From a virus (Duplodnaviria; Caudoviricetes): a DNA stretch of 64,000 nucleotides. The notes below the pieces were generated by a model. The model had not been told where the DNA came from, did not search any database, and saw only the letters and a list, made by a program, of their open reading frames with translations. This document shows, piece by piece, positions 49,385 through 59,054 of this stretch. Location of the stretch: positions 96,001 to 160,000 of the IMG/VR virus record IMGVR_UViG_3300028591_005215; one strand, given 5' to 3'. The translations under genes and the position numbers were made by a program. How positions within the stretch are numbered: position 1 is the first letter of the stretch; every line of letters begins with the position of its first letter.

Positions 49385-51169
49385 ATGCCAGATAATAAAA
49401 AAATAGCACAAAGTATAAAAAGGCATTTACAGATTAGAACTAAAAGTAGATGGGAATATGGTAACTCCAAAGATGATGCTAAGAACTCGATTCTTAGCAC
49501 CACTGGGGTTACCCCTGTTGATGTTTTTGAGAATGATGCGACAACACAGTCAGAACCTATTATTCAATTTTATGCAACAAAAAAAGACAATTATGCTGGT
49601 GGTACTAATGAATCCACAATAAGGTTAATTCTTGGTTTTGGTACAGGTGTACCTGACCACCCAATAGCAATATATGATGAAGGGTTGCAAGAAGAAATTA
49701 ATAATATAGAACGTGCAACTTTAGGGGAATCTGACTATGGGCATTATTCGGCATCAACTACTACAGGTGATTATTCAATAGTTAGTGGTGCTACAAGTTT
49801 GATTGATGCTGTTAAAAAAATTGACCAATATGTTGATGATTCTAATTATGATGAAACAGGTAGTAATTATAAATACATTTATCATATTAATCAAAAAAAT
49901 GGTAGAATTAGTGCTGACACAAGAAGTATTAAAGATGGTGTTTTAACAGGTTATGTGCAACCAACTGACCATCCTATTAGTATTAATGGTACTGATACAA
50001 TTGAAAGTGCTTTTAAAAAGATTGACAGCTATATTGGCGATTTAGACTTTGAAGTCAGTGGTGGTTCAGATAAATATGTTTATTATGTTAAGCAAACTAA
50101 TGGCAAAGTTTCTGCAACCACAAGGTCTGTAAAAGATGGGCTTTTAACAGGATATTCTAAACCTACTGACCACCCCATAAATATTTCAGAAACAGATACA
50201 ATTGAAGGGGCATTAAAAAAGATTGATGATTATGTAGGCAAATCGGACTTTAAAGTTGATGGCTCTGATTACCAATATGTTTATTATGTTGAGCAAACTG
50301 ATGGTAGAGTTTCCGCCAAGGTTAAAAGTATTAAAGACGGTAAGATATATAATTATGGCGGAAGTAAAACACCTGTTAATATAGAATCAACAGATACCAT
50401 TGAGGAAGTTATTGATAAGTTTAATAAGTATCTAAATAGTTTAGATATATCAAGTGGTGAATCAGGAAGTTTTATCTCTGGGGTAACGCAAACTGATGGA
50501 CTTGTAAGCGTTAAACTTGGTAAAATAATAGATGCTAAATTGTTGAACTATGCCAATAATTTGTCTTCAGGTGGTGACATTGAAAGTAATGATTCTATTG
50601 CAACAGCTTTCTCAAAAATTGAAAACAATATAGATTCTATAGAAGCATCTTTTTCAAGACTTCAAAATGAGACTGACACTATCGAATCAGCTGTTGGTCT
50701 TAATAGCGATGGAAGTTATAGTAAAACTAGTACTAAACATAGTTCTGGTGCAACTACTACCAAGGGTGCTATTGAAGCAATAGATAACTATATTGCATCG
50801 TTAAATGATTCTGAAAATAAATCAGGAACAGTAGTCACTACAGTAAGCCAAGCAGATGGGCATGTTTCACATGATAGAGCTTATTTACCTAATATTATTT
50901 TAACAGGGTATGATAAAAGTGCTGATAGCGGTGCTGTAACTGCTTCTGATAGTCTTGAAAAAGCTATATCAAAGCTTGAAAATAACACTACGTCAATATC
51001 TAACAGAGCAGTGTTAGATGTTAAGCTAAATAACAAAAGTATAATTTCAAATCAAATTGCAAATTTTTATACTACAAGTAGTGGTGATACACATAACGTA
51101 ACTTTCACTGAAGCTAATGGGTTTATTAGTGGTGACGTTAGTAATTATATTTGCGGAGATTACGCATAA
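49385..51169 (+). CDS. Fibre protein with about five tandem ~68-aa modules
   Basis: QTNG(K/R)(I/V)SA...KDG.LTGY..PTDHPI.I..TDTIE.A.KKID repeats; ends ICGDYA. Confidence 0.7.
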   Translation: MPDNKKIAQSIKRHLQIRTKSRWEYGNSKDDAKNSILSTTGVTPVDVFENDATTQSEPIIQFYATKKDNYAGGTNESTIRLILGFGTGVPDHPIAIYDEGLQEEINNIERATLGESDYGHYSASTTTGDYSIVSGATSLIDAVKKIDQYVDDSNYDETGSNYKYIYHINQKNGRISADTRSIKDGVLTGYVQPTDHPISINGTDTIESAFKKIDSYIGDLDFEVSGGSDKYVYYVKQTNGKVSATTRSVKDGLLTGYSKPTDHPINISETDTIEGALKKIDDYVGKSDFKVDGSDYQYVYYVEQTDGRVSAKVKSIKDGKIYNYGGSKTPVNIESTDTIEEVIDKFNKYLNSLDISSGESGSFISGVTQTDGLVSVKLGKIIDAKLLNYANNLSSGGDIESNDSIATAFSKIENNIDSIEASFSRLQNETDTIESAVGLNSDGSYSKTSTKHSSGATTTKGAIEAIDNYIASLNDSENKSGTVVTTVSQADGHVSHDRAYLPNIILTGYDKSADSGAVTASDSLEKAISKLENNTTSISNRAVLDVKLNNKSIISNQIANFYTTSSGDTHNVTFTEANGFISGDVSNYICGDYA

Positions 51170-51302
51170 TAAAAAAAGGCGATGGTATAGAAGTTAACTC
51201 TAATACTCAAAGAAATGGGCAGTCTAATCAATGGCTGTTCATTTCCTTTTATAAGTTTATATATTGAATAAAATTCTTGAATTGTTAATTTTTACATTAG
51301 AA

Positions 51303-52232
51303 ATGTTTAAGAAAATGATTGATTTTAACCAAGCAATAAGCATCATAAGAAGAAATGGTGGCTTCAAGTCAAATAGAAAAGATACATCATATTACAGAAC
51401 GTATACTATAGAAGGTAATAGACCATTACAAGCACGTGTTTCAAATCACGGAACATGGTTATGGACTTGGTATGACAAAGATTATGACCCATCATATGCT
51501 ATTAATTTCTGTGTTGTGTTTTCTGAAAATGGTGAATATGATTCTGACGTATCTGTTGATATGGACATAAAGGATGAAGAAGGAAATGTAATTGGACGGA
51601 AGAAATCATTTGAAGTTATTCAGTATGTCTATAACTGCCAAATACTTGATGATAATGATGCAGCGCTAATAAATCAAGCAGTTCAGAATATATGGCAAAA
51701 CAAAGGGTTTAAAGACCCATTGGCAAACACCCCAAAGCACGCAAAAGTAATAATATTAAGACCAAACGAAACACCAGAGATAATAACAGAAGCAAAACAT
51801 ACAAATATGAATAAGAAATTAATTAGATTAACAGGCCTTGATTGGAGAACATATGCAAATGCAGCAAAGAAGAGGGACGCACAGATACAGCAATTAGGCC
51901 GTGATGCAACTGATAAAGGTGGTAATCGTTTAACACATTTAAGAAATAACTTGGATTATGCTGCATCTGATGCTTTAACGTCTAAATATGCACAAAGGCA
52001 TAACAATGGCTATCCAACCAATAATGCTGATGTCTACACTAAAAACGGTTATCAGACTGTTACAACCAACAATTTTGATGGTAATGGAAGGTGGTCAAGA
52101 GGCGAATTCAATTATGATAACAAAGGTAATATAGATAAACAAGGTTACAATATGAATTCGCAAATGGACAACGAGGTAGAAGACTATATGAAAGGTAAAT
52201 CAAAATACATTAAAGGTAAAGGTTGGCAATAA
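51303..52232 (+). CDS. Two-part hypothetical protein, putative head cargo
   Basis: N-terminal SYY...RVSNH domain joined via IITEAKHTN to MNKKLIRLTGLDWRTY. Start at 51303 or 51315. Confidence 0.65.
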   Translation: MFKKMIDFNQAISIIRRNGGFKSNRKDTSYYRTYTIEGNRPLQARVSNHGTWLWTWYDKDYDPSYAINFCVVFSENGEYDSDVSVDMDIKDEEGNVIGRKKSFEVIQYVYNCQILDDNDAALINQAVQNIWQNKGFKDPLANTPKHAKVIILRPNETPEIITEAKHTNMNKKLIRLTGLDWRTYANAAKKRDAQIQQLGRDATDKGGNRLTHLRNNLDYAASDALTSKYAQRHNNGYPTNNADVYTKNGYQTVTTNNFDGNGRWSRGEFNYDNKGNIDKQGYNMNSQMDNEVEDYMKGKSKYIKGKGWQ

Positions 52233-52264
52233 TTAAGCAGCCTTGCACAGTTTTAACAAACTTT

Positions 52265-52301
52265 AAAAGGTGAGTGAAAAAAAAAATCACTCACCTTTTT
52301 T
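52265..52301. terminator. Bidirectional terminator
   Basis: AAAAGGTGAGTGA-(A run)-TCACTCACCTTTT between convergent genes. Confidence 0.85.
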
Positions 52302-52304
52302 ATT

Positions 52305-53858
52305 TTAGTATACAAAAAATTCTGATTTAATATCATCAAACACGAATCCTCCTGTTGAAGGCTTTTTATCTGGTAGCTTTTTAAAATAGAAATGCATATC
52401 AGAATTCATTGTTACAATAGAATTCAATGACGATGGAATTACTCCTTCTGTTTCAAATTCTCTAATTTCTGCTTCAGACAAATTATTCAAAGCATTTAGA
52501 TATTTTTCGTTTTCAATTTGATAAGTTTCGTCAGTTTCTTGCTTTAACTCTTCTTGATAATCAGAAACAAGTTTGTCCCAATCTTGACCAATTTCTTTAA
52601 TAAATGGTGGTACTTGCTTAATTTTAACCCAATATTCTATTTCTTTACGTTCTGGAGTCATTAACGCTTCATATGAATCTTGGTCTTCTACCTTATTAGG
52701 CTGTCCTGATACAAGCTGCGCTTGTTCTTCTGTGAAATATTTTCTATCTTTAGGATTTGTTATAAGAATATCTTCACGAATATCAGTTGAGAAACAAACC
52801 AATAACGGTGTAATACGCTTGTTAAATTGGTCAATATATTTTTCAACGTTATATTCTATTGAGCCAAACCCTAATTCTTCTGATTCAGAACAAAGTACAT
52901 CATCTTCAGAATCTACAATTTCCTTTGGTACTAATTGACAATTAAGAACAATTTCATCTTCTTCACGAATGATATACTTTTTCAACATTTCTTTTTTATC
53001 TTTAGTTTTAAGATTTTTATAAAGAATGTTTTTCTTCTCACATTCTGGTGCCAAAAGTTCACGTGTAATTTTAGCATTAAGTTCTTCTTCTTTACCGTTA
53101 AACATAACATATTGATGCGTTATTCGTTTAACGTCTGAATCAGATTTCTTTTCACCAGTGTTTATATAGAAAATTGTATCACTTACATTTACTTTAACAT
53201 CATTCTTAATAACAAGTTCGTACCAAGCCTGTCTTGACTTTTTAGTTCCTGCTTTTGTTAACGTCTTAGTGTCTGCTATATAATCATTGATAGTTTTCTT
53301 AATATTACCTTTAGATGCTATATCCTTAATAGGTATTTGGTAATTATAAATTCTATCTATATAATCATAATATGCTTCAAGAAAATCGTGTCCTTTTGCG
53401 TGAAGTAACATATCCACACCCTTATCAATAAACTTTTCAAGGTAGCCTGACATTTTTCTTGATTTAATAGTATTACCTACTTTCTTTGTAGAACCATTTG
53501 GCATTAAGTCGGCATAGTTCTTTCTTGCGAAGTTGATGGTAGCATCACAGAACTCGTCTATTCCTAATCCCATTTTGTTCACGCCACCGTTATATGGTTT
53601 GCTAAGGTACAAATCCTCAAACTCAGCCACATCAGCTTCAACACCAGTATACTTTTTACCTTTTACACTGTTTCTACCAGCACCTGTACTGATATAAGGG
53701 TTAGTTTCTGTATACCTAAATTCATCATCTTTAGGCATTTGGAAGTTAAAACCATCTGTGTTTGAAATTACGTTCAAACCCAAAGCATTAATTACAGTAC
53801 CATCTAAACTTATGTCAAAGACATAGTCATTTATTTTACCAATATTAATTTTCTCCAT
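52305..53858 (-). CDS. polB: DNA polymerase family B, C-terminal fragment, preceded by a 33-aa C-intein
   Basis: MEKINIGKINDYVFDISLDGTVINALGLNVISN then TDGFNF (second half of motif C) and RKNYA. Likely start 53858. Confidence 0.9.
   Translation of the reverse strand: MEKINIGKINDYVFDISLDGTVINALGLNVISNTDGFNFQMPKDDEFRYTETNPYISTGAGRNSVKGKKYTGVEADVAEFEDLYLSKPYNGGVNKMGLGIDEFCDATINFARKNYADLMPNGSTKKVGNTIKSRKMSGYLEKFIDKGVDMLLHAKGHDFLEAYYDYIDRIYNYQIPIKDIASKGNIKKTINDYIADTKTLTKAGTKKSRQAWYELVIKNDVKVNVSDTIFYINTGEKKSDSDVKRITHQYVMFNGKEEELNAKITRELLAPECEKKNILYKNLKTKDKKEMLKKYIIREEDEIVLNCQLVPKEIVDSEDDVLCSESEELGFGSIEYNVEKYIDQFNKRITPLLVCFSTDIREDILITNPKDRKYFTEEQAQLVSGQPNKVEDQDSYEALMTPERKEIEYWVKIKQVPPFIKEIGQDWDKLVSDYQEELKQETDETYQIENEKYLNALNNLSEAEIREFETEGVIPSSLNSIVTMNSDMHFYFKKLPDKKPSTGGFVFDDIKSEFFVY
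53760..53858 (-). mobile_element. Split intein, C-terminal half (IntC)
   Basis: Block F DYVFDIS; block G ending ISN, followed by the +1 Thr. Confidence 0.88.
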
Positions 53859-55137
53859 TTTTCCAAACGTATTTAAAAAGTCCACAATCCCATATTTTTT
53901 TAGCGCCAATTTTTTTAACCATTTCGGTTTCTGTCATGGTTAGTGGAAGGTTGTATTTTTTATTTAATATTACTTTTCTAAACCCAAATTTATGGAATCT
54001 AATACAAGTCCCATTTATAAAATATCTGTAATTCGGCCTTAATGTGGATTCATGCTTAAACCCAAGTTTGCTATATAAATTGTTTGTAGAATTTAATGTC
54101 CATCTTCTGTCAGCAAAAGATTTGATTTCATTAGGGGTATATTTTTCTGTGAAATATTTGAATAGTTTTCCACCAACACCTATTGAACGTTTATTTATGT
54201 CTGTCGCAAATCTGACTAATTCCCATTTACCTGGACCGTTCCTATTAAACAACATAACACCACAAAGTTCATTTTTATTAAATGCTCCTATGTACACAGT
54301 TGCCTTACATCTTCCCTGTATGTGATTTTTATCCAAAAAATCAGAGGAATCAGTGAAATTTATTTCGTGTATTGAACATTTCCTTCCATATATTTTCTCT
54401 AAGTCATAATCTTTACCAATTATGTGTTTTATTTTGCTTAATACTATTTCTTTGTGATTCATATATTCATCTTCGAAAATCTGTATTAATCTTACGCCTT
54501 TGCTTTCGCACATTTCAGTTTTCATAAGATGATAATTTTTTGGCTTTTCGCTGTGCCAGTATAATCCATTAAATTCAATAGCCAATTTCATAGAAGGTAT
54601 GTAAATATCAAGTTCGAACCCATCAAGCAATGTCCTGTCACCAAATGATATCTCACGGTCATTTCCGATAAGGTTTTTTATAAATTCCCCTATTTCTTCT
54701 TCTGGTTTTGATTTGGAAGAATAACAATGTCTGCACCCACCATTTGGTGATGTTATGTGGTCACATGCAATTTTTGTGAATTCATTTCCACACTTTTTAC
54801 ATTTTATTGTTATTTTTGAATGACTGTTTTCATATTCATTCTCTATGTTTGGAAATTCATATGTATTACCAAAACGCTTTTCTGACTCCTTTATAAAACT
54901 TTCATAATTGTTCTTGTGATACTCAACTGCATATTTTTTACCGCATGATGGGCATCCTTGACCATTCATATGATTTTTAGGCGTCTGCCAAAATTCTCCA
55001 TGAATGGGACATATTATCTTAACTTTAGTTCTTTGATTTTTATATTCAGACTGAGAATATATGTATTTGCCACCATGAACTAAATTAGACCTTTCTTCAA
55101 ATATTTTCTGATTTAATCTATACACATTTCGTTTCAT
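53845..55137 (-). CDS. Free-standing putative homing endonuclease between the split-intein halves
   Basis: IICPIHGEFWQTPKNHMNGQGCPSCG; ELDIYIPSMKLAIEFNGLYWHS; GNAT-like C-terminus. Overlaps the IntC start by 14 nt. Confidence 0.85.
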   Translation of the reverse strand: MKRNVYRLNQKIFEERSNLVHGGKYIYSQSEYKNQRTKVKIICPIHGEFWQTPKNHMNGQGCPSCGKKYAVEYHKNNYESFIKESEKRFGNTYEFPNIENEYENSHSKITIKCKKCGNEFTKIACDHITSPNGGCRHCYSSKSKPEEEIGEFIKNLIGNDREISFGDRTLLDGFELDIYIPSMKLAIEFNGLYWHSEKPKNYHLMKTEMCESKGVRLIQIFEDEYMNHKEIVLSKIKHIIGKDYDLEKIYGRKCSIHEINFTDSSDFLDKNHIQGRCKATVYIGAFNKNELCGVMLFNRNGPGKWELVRFATDINKRSIGVGGKLFKYFTEKYTPNEIKSFADRRWTLNSTNNLYSKLGFKHESTLRPNYRYFINGTCIRFHKFGFRKVILNKKYNLPLTMTETEMVKKIGAKKIWDCGLFKYVWKNGEN

Positions 55138-55195
55138 GTAGTTTTTAGTTCGATTTTCAGGTTATTTAAAAAAAAGAAAAGAGAAATTATTTCAT

Positions 55196-55756
55196 TTAGT
55201 GCGTTTTTCTTTTTAAGAACAATATTCCAGCTTGGCAAGTTTTGCTAAATGTATCTAACGGCATTTCTCCCCATTCGTTTAAAAAGGCTTTTACTATGTT
55301 TAGATTGTTAGTATTTAATAATGCGATTGGCACTCTATCAATAGTACCATCTTTTATCATTTTTACCATCATTTTAGCCTTTTTTTCGGTTAGCCACTTA
55401 AAATTACCATTAGTTTCTATTGGTTTTGTATAATATTCAAATTTAGTGTCATCATTAACATCACTTGGCTTAATTTTTTGTTGGTTAGCGTTAAACAAAC
55501 TATGGTCTTCTGTCACTGTAACACTCATATTACCTTCAGAAACGGTGTATAATGGCTTATTTGTCTTATGACGGTATATGTAGCTAGGTCGAGCCCATCC
55601 GCTTCTACAAAGTACTTTATATGGCTTTTTAGAATAATCATATTCTCTTCCTAAAGCATCTGTTTCTGTTTTGCCTATCAACTCTTCAATTGGCTTAATA
55701 TCAATCATTCCATCACTATCATATTTAATAAATAATGGTGTATCACCAGTGAATGA
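55196..55756 (-). mobile_element. Split intein, N-terminal half (IntN, 186 aa)
   Basis: Block A SFTGDTPLFIK...IKPIEEL; block B VTVTEDHSLF; tail resembling a LAGLIDADG remnant. Confidence 0.9.
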
Positions 55757-57640
55757 ATCACCTACAATAGGGACATAGCCAAGATTGGAGAAATGTGAAA
55801 TCATTAGTCGAAGTGACATACGACCAATACATGTAGTCATTTCAGCAGCATCAATATCACCAAATGGGAATACCATAGGACACCCATAAGACCCAAAGAA
55901 TGAATTTCCTAAAATCTTTAATGGAAGCTGTTTCTTATCATTACCCATCTTTTCAGCTTTCCAATATTGTTGCTTTTCCTTTAATTCTTTAATTTGCTCT
56001 GGCGTTAAGCTATCACCTTTTTCCTTGATGTACTTACCAATTTTTTTAGCTTTTTCACCTGCATCCCCTTTTAATTCCTTATATTTTTCACGTTGCGTCA
56101 GAATATATTCAAGCAGATGGAGCATAATATGTGTTACGTCAAGAGGTGTTCTAACATTCCAAGTAAGAATAATTGAAGGGTAAAGTGAATTGTAGTCAAG
56201 CTTTACAATTCGGCTAACATACCCTGTTTTTAAAAGGCGAGACAGTCCACCTGTAAAACGTTTGTTATTACCTGTTGATGGTACTGCCAATCCGTTTTCG
56301 TAGCACCAAGCTAACATAATAAGTTTCCAAATACCTGCTGTTCCCATCGTACAAGCACGTGTGAATGTAGTTGGTAACATCTTAGCAACAAGGAAATTTG
56401 ATTCGTTTAACTTTAGTTCTACTTTTTCGGCTTCCCAAATATCATCCAACAAATATCTTTCAACTATGTACCGTCCACTTTTAGCCACATAGTTTTTAGT
56501 TAAAGGGTGTTTTTGTGTTATTTCATACCAATCACCATTTTCATCATTGAAAGCAAACTTTGGCTCAGTTATATTCCAAGTTTTTGAAATAATATTACCT
56601 GGTACATATACACGATTTGCCTTCTTTAAGTCAAGATATTTCGTGATATATTTCAAGTTTGCTGATTTCATATTAGAATCAAGTGCTTGGGCACGTCTTA
56701 CTGCGTGAAGTGAATCGAGAATGTTATGACCCCACATAATAGTAGGTCTATAGTATTCCATTTCACCACCCAATTTAAGAATTGATTCCTTAGCTTTCTT
56801 ATATATAGGATGTTTAAAATATTTAAGTGAAATTTCTTCAAATGTAGTGCCTAATATTTGTGAACGAACAATGAAAAAGTCCCAGTCAAACACTTCAGAG
56901 TTGTGGCCGAATATGACATCAGGTTTAATCTTTGCCATTATAGCAACAGTTTCTTCTATTGCTTCAAGTTCATTTTTATCACGTTCTTCATCCGTTTCAC
57001 CTGTTATAGTGATAATCTTTTCAAACCCGTGGTTTGTTCTAATACCAATCTGTTCAATTCTATGTATTTTAGGGTTCAAACCTTGGGTTTCGATATCGAA
57101 TGACATTCTAAGTAAATCATCATAGTTTTCATAACCTTTAAATAGACGTTCACCTGTTTCAATCATATGTTGCTCAACAGGTGAACAAGCCATAAATTCT
57201 TTATTAGAATCTTTCGAATCATCACCTTTCTTTTTCCTTTCATAAATAGGCGTACCTGCTTCTTGGAAGAACATCATAAAGTGCTGATAACTCATTGCCC
57301 TTGTTGATTGAAAAAGATACTTATATCCATTTTCAAGTCGGTCAGAGAATTCACTACCTTCATCACCTGTTTTTAATGCTTTAATCGTTATACCATATTC
57401 ACGTAATTTCTTGCGTAATGTACCACGATTACCTTCAAACATACGAATAGCAGCACTATGTTTGACCCAAACGAAAGGTTTAAATGGTTCAAGCTTTACC
57501 CTTTTTTGCCCTTCTTCATTAACATAAATAACACTTACCTTTTCATCATCATAACTACATTCCATAGTGATGATATGTTCCATAGGGTTATACCCCATAA
57601 GGAAAGTGTTAACAACATCAGTTGTAATTTCTTTAATCAT
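55196..57640 (-). CDS. polB: DNA polymerase family B, N-terminal fragment (exonuclease and palm) fused to an N-intein
   Basis: FDIET (ExoI), GHNSEVFDW (ExoII), YLLDD (ExoIII), LDYNSLYPS (A), KILGNSFFG (B), YVPIVGD then intein. Confidence 0.93.
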   Translation of the reverse strand: MIKEITTDVVNTFLMGYNPMEHIITMECSYDDEKVSVIYVNEEGQKRVKLEPFKPFVWVKHSAAIRMFEGNRGTLRKKLREYGITIKALKTGDEGSEFSDRLENGYKYLFQSTRAMSYQHFMMFFQEAGTPIYERKKKGDDSKDSNKEFMACSPVEQHMIETGERLFKGYENYDDLLRMSFDIETQGLNPKIHRIEQIGIRTNHGFEKIITITGETDEERDKNELEAIEETVAIMAKIKPDVIFGHNSEVFDWDFFIVRSQILGTTFEEISLKYFKHPIYKKAKESILKLGGEMEYYRPTIMWGHNILDSLHAVRRAQALDSNMKSANLKYITKYLDLKKANRVYVPGNIISKTWNITEPKFAFNDENGDWYEITQKHPLTKNYVAKSGRYIVERYLLDDIWEAEKVELKLNESNFLVAKMLPTTFTRACTMGTAGIWKLIMLAWCYENGLAVPSTGNNKRFTGGLSRLLKTGYVSRIVKLDYNSLYPSIILTWNVRTPLDVTHIMLHLLEYILTQREKYKELKGDAGEKAKKIGKYIKEKGDSLTPEQIKELKEKQQYWKAEKMGNDKKQLPLKILGNSFFGSYGCPMVFPFGDIDAAEMTTCIGRMSLRLMISHFSNLGYVPIVGDSFTGDTPLFIKYDSDGMIDIKPIEELIGKTETDALGREYDYSKKPYKVLCRSGWARPSYIYRHKTNKPLYTVSEGNMSVTVTEDHSLFNANQQKIKPSDVNDDTKFEYYTKPIETNGNFKWLTEKKAKMMVKMIKDGTIDRVPIALLNTNNLNIVKAFLNEWGEMPLDTFSKTCQAGILFLKRKTH

Positions 57641-57706
57641 AGTATTTACTTTATTTTTTTATGCTTTAAATCTGAAAGCCACATTAAGTAGCATTGATTT
57701 TTGAAA

Positions 57707-57738
57707 CAAATATATACTAAAAACCATTAAAAAACAAA
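57707..57738 (-). promoter_or_regulatory. Bacteroidota-type promoter for polB
   Basis: Minus strand TTTG (57738-57735), 20-nt spacer, TATATTTG (57714-57707). Confidence 0.65.
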
Positions 57739-57844
57739 ATTTAGTTTTAGCTTTTTTTTGAAAAAATAAATATTTATTATATATAATAAAATACTTTACT
57801 AAAAAAAATAAGTTTGATATAAGAAAATAAATTAATAAATTCTT

Positions 57845-58078
57845 ATGGATAAAATTAAAAAAATCATAAAAGAAGAAACAAGGAAAATTCTTATGGAATA
57901 TGGAGATACGTTTAAAAATCCTAATATAGCTAATAAAATAGAAATATATGCTAATGAAATGCAGGATGACTTAAACAAAATAATAAACGATGGTGTACAC
58001 AGTAAACGTGATATTGTATTGCTTAATTGGCAGAAAGCCATAAATGGGCTTAAAGATACAGCTAAAAGAATAAGATAA
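57845..58078 (+). CDS. Small protein with a leader-like N-terminus
   Basis: MDKIKKIIKEETRKILME; late motif at 57771-57777. Confidence 0.65.
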   Translation: MDKIKKIIKEETRKILMEYGDTFKNPNIANKIEIYANEMQDDLNKIINDGVHSKRDIVLLNWQKAINGLKDTAKRIR

Positions 58079-58080
58079 AA

Positions 58081-58115
58081 AAAAAGAGGAACTAAATAAA
58101 TAGTTCCTCTTTTTT
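58081..58115. terminator. Bidirectional terminator
   Basis: AAAAAGAGGAACTA-AATAAA-TAGTTCCTCTTTTT. Confidence 0.85.
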
Positions 58116-58145
58116 AGACAATTATATAAGGTTGCGTAAAGCAGC

Positions 58146-58538
58146 TTAATACGTATCAAAATCACCGTGTTCATTACGCTCATACCAATCTTCAGGTTCG
58201 TGTTCAAACTGTGAACTTGATTGACTTTCGAGCATTTCTGATAAATAAGCCATATTGCCATTTAACTTGTTTGCCATTTCTGCAATTTCAACAAGTCTAT
58301 CTTTCTCTTCATTGGACAAAATCTTGAACTGATTAATTCTGCCATTAAGCACATCATAGAATAAAGCTTCATTTATGTCGTGCATTTTTGACATTGTTTG
58401 ATACATAAATTTAGCGAACATAGAACGATTATTGTATATATTTGGTGTGGAATCATCTTCTTTCAATATTCTGTTCACTGATTTCTCCACAATTCTGTGA
58501 AGGTCACTTTCTGTTAGTCTTATAAGTTTTTTAGTCAT
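58146..58538 (-). CDS. Small protein with a full LTESDL leader (putative head cargo)
   Basis: MTKKLIRLTESDLHRIVEKSVNRILKE; start at 58538. Confidence 0.75.
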   Translation of the reverse strand: MTKKLIRLTESDLHRIVEKSVNRILKEDDSTPNIYNNRSMFAKFMYQTMSKMHDINEALFYDVLNGRINQFKILSNEEKDRLVEIAEMANKLNGNMAYLSEMLESQSSSQFEHEPEDWYERNEHGDFDTY

Positions 58539-58652
58539 ATATATATATATTAATTTGTTATTTATTATTAAATATTTCAATATAAACAAAAATGTAGCCA
58601 TTTTTGCCTAAAAGCTTCATTTGCTTGAATCTAATTTCAATATAGCTACTTT

Positions 58653-59033
58653 TCATGGCAAAATAATTATGTTGAGTGTTTCACGGATTGGCATTATTAA
58701 TTTACCTGTTGGGTATTCAGTTTCATCGGATTTGATTGGGTTGAATGTAATGTCAAACGTTCCTTTATAAGTACCAACGTCTTTAGTGTCACGTTCTTTC
58801 CAATCATAGCAGATTACATATTTTTCCGCACATCCACCATCTTCTTTTAATTTGATATAACAAGGCGCTTTAGCTACTTTTGTGATATTGGTATCTATGT
58901 TAACCATTGTAAATGTTATAGAACAATTCTGAATCGAGTCATAAAATTTTCTATAGTCATGTCTACCGTCTTCGATTAATTCCATTCGTAGTGTTGGTAG
59001 TGTGCTATTTTGTCGTATATAGAAGTACTCCAT
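58653..59033 (-). CDS. BppU-N-like Ig-fold structural protein
   Basis: FYIRQNSTLP...ITFTM...YDWKERDTKDVGTYKGTFDITF. Confidence 0.5.
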   Translation of the reverse strand: MEYFYIRQNSTLPTLRMELIEDGRHDYRKFYDSIQNCSITFTMVNIDTNITKVAKAPCYIKLKEDGGCAEKYVICYDWKERDTKDVGTYKGTFDITFNPIKSDETEYPTGKLIMPIRETLNIIILP

Positions 59034-59054
59034 TGTTTTTTTTATATAAATAGT

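Noticed and set aside
53859-53909. Upstream start (MALKKYG...) for the polB C-fragment
   Set aside because: Lies deep inside the endonuclease coding region; the ATG at 53858 gives a typical short IntC coupled to the endonuclease stop.
53845-55195. Group I intron interrupting polB
   Set aside because: Only ~58 nt of non-coding sequence lies upstream of the endonuclease, and its end overlaps the IntC start, leaving no room for a ribozyme core. The intein motifs explain the split.
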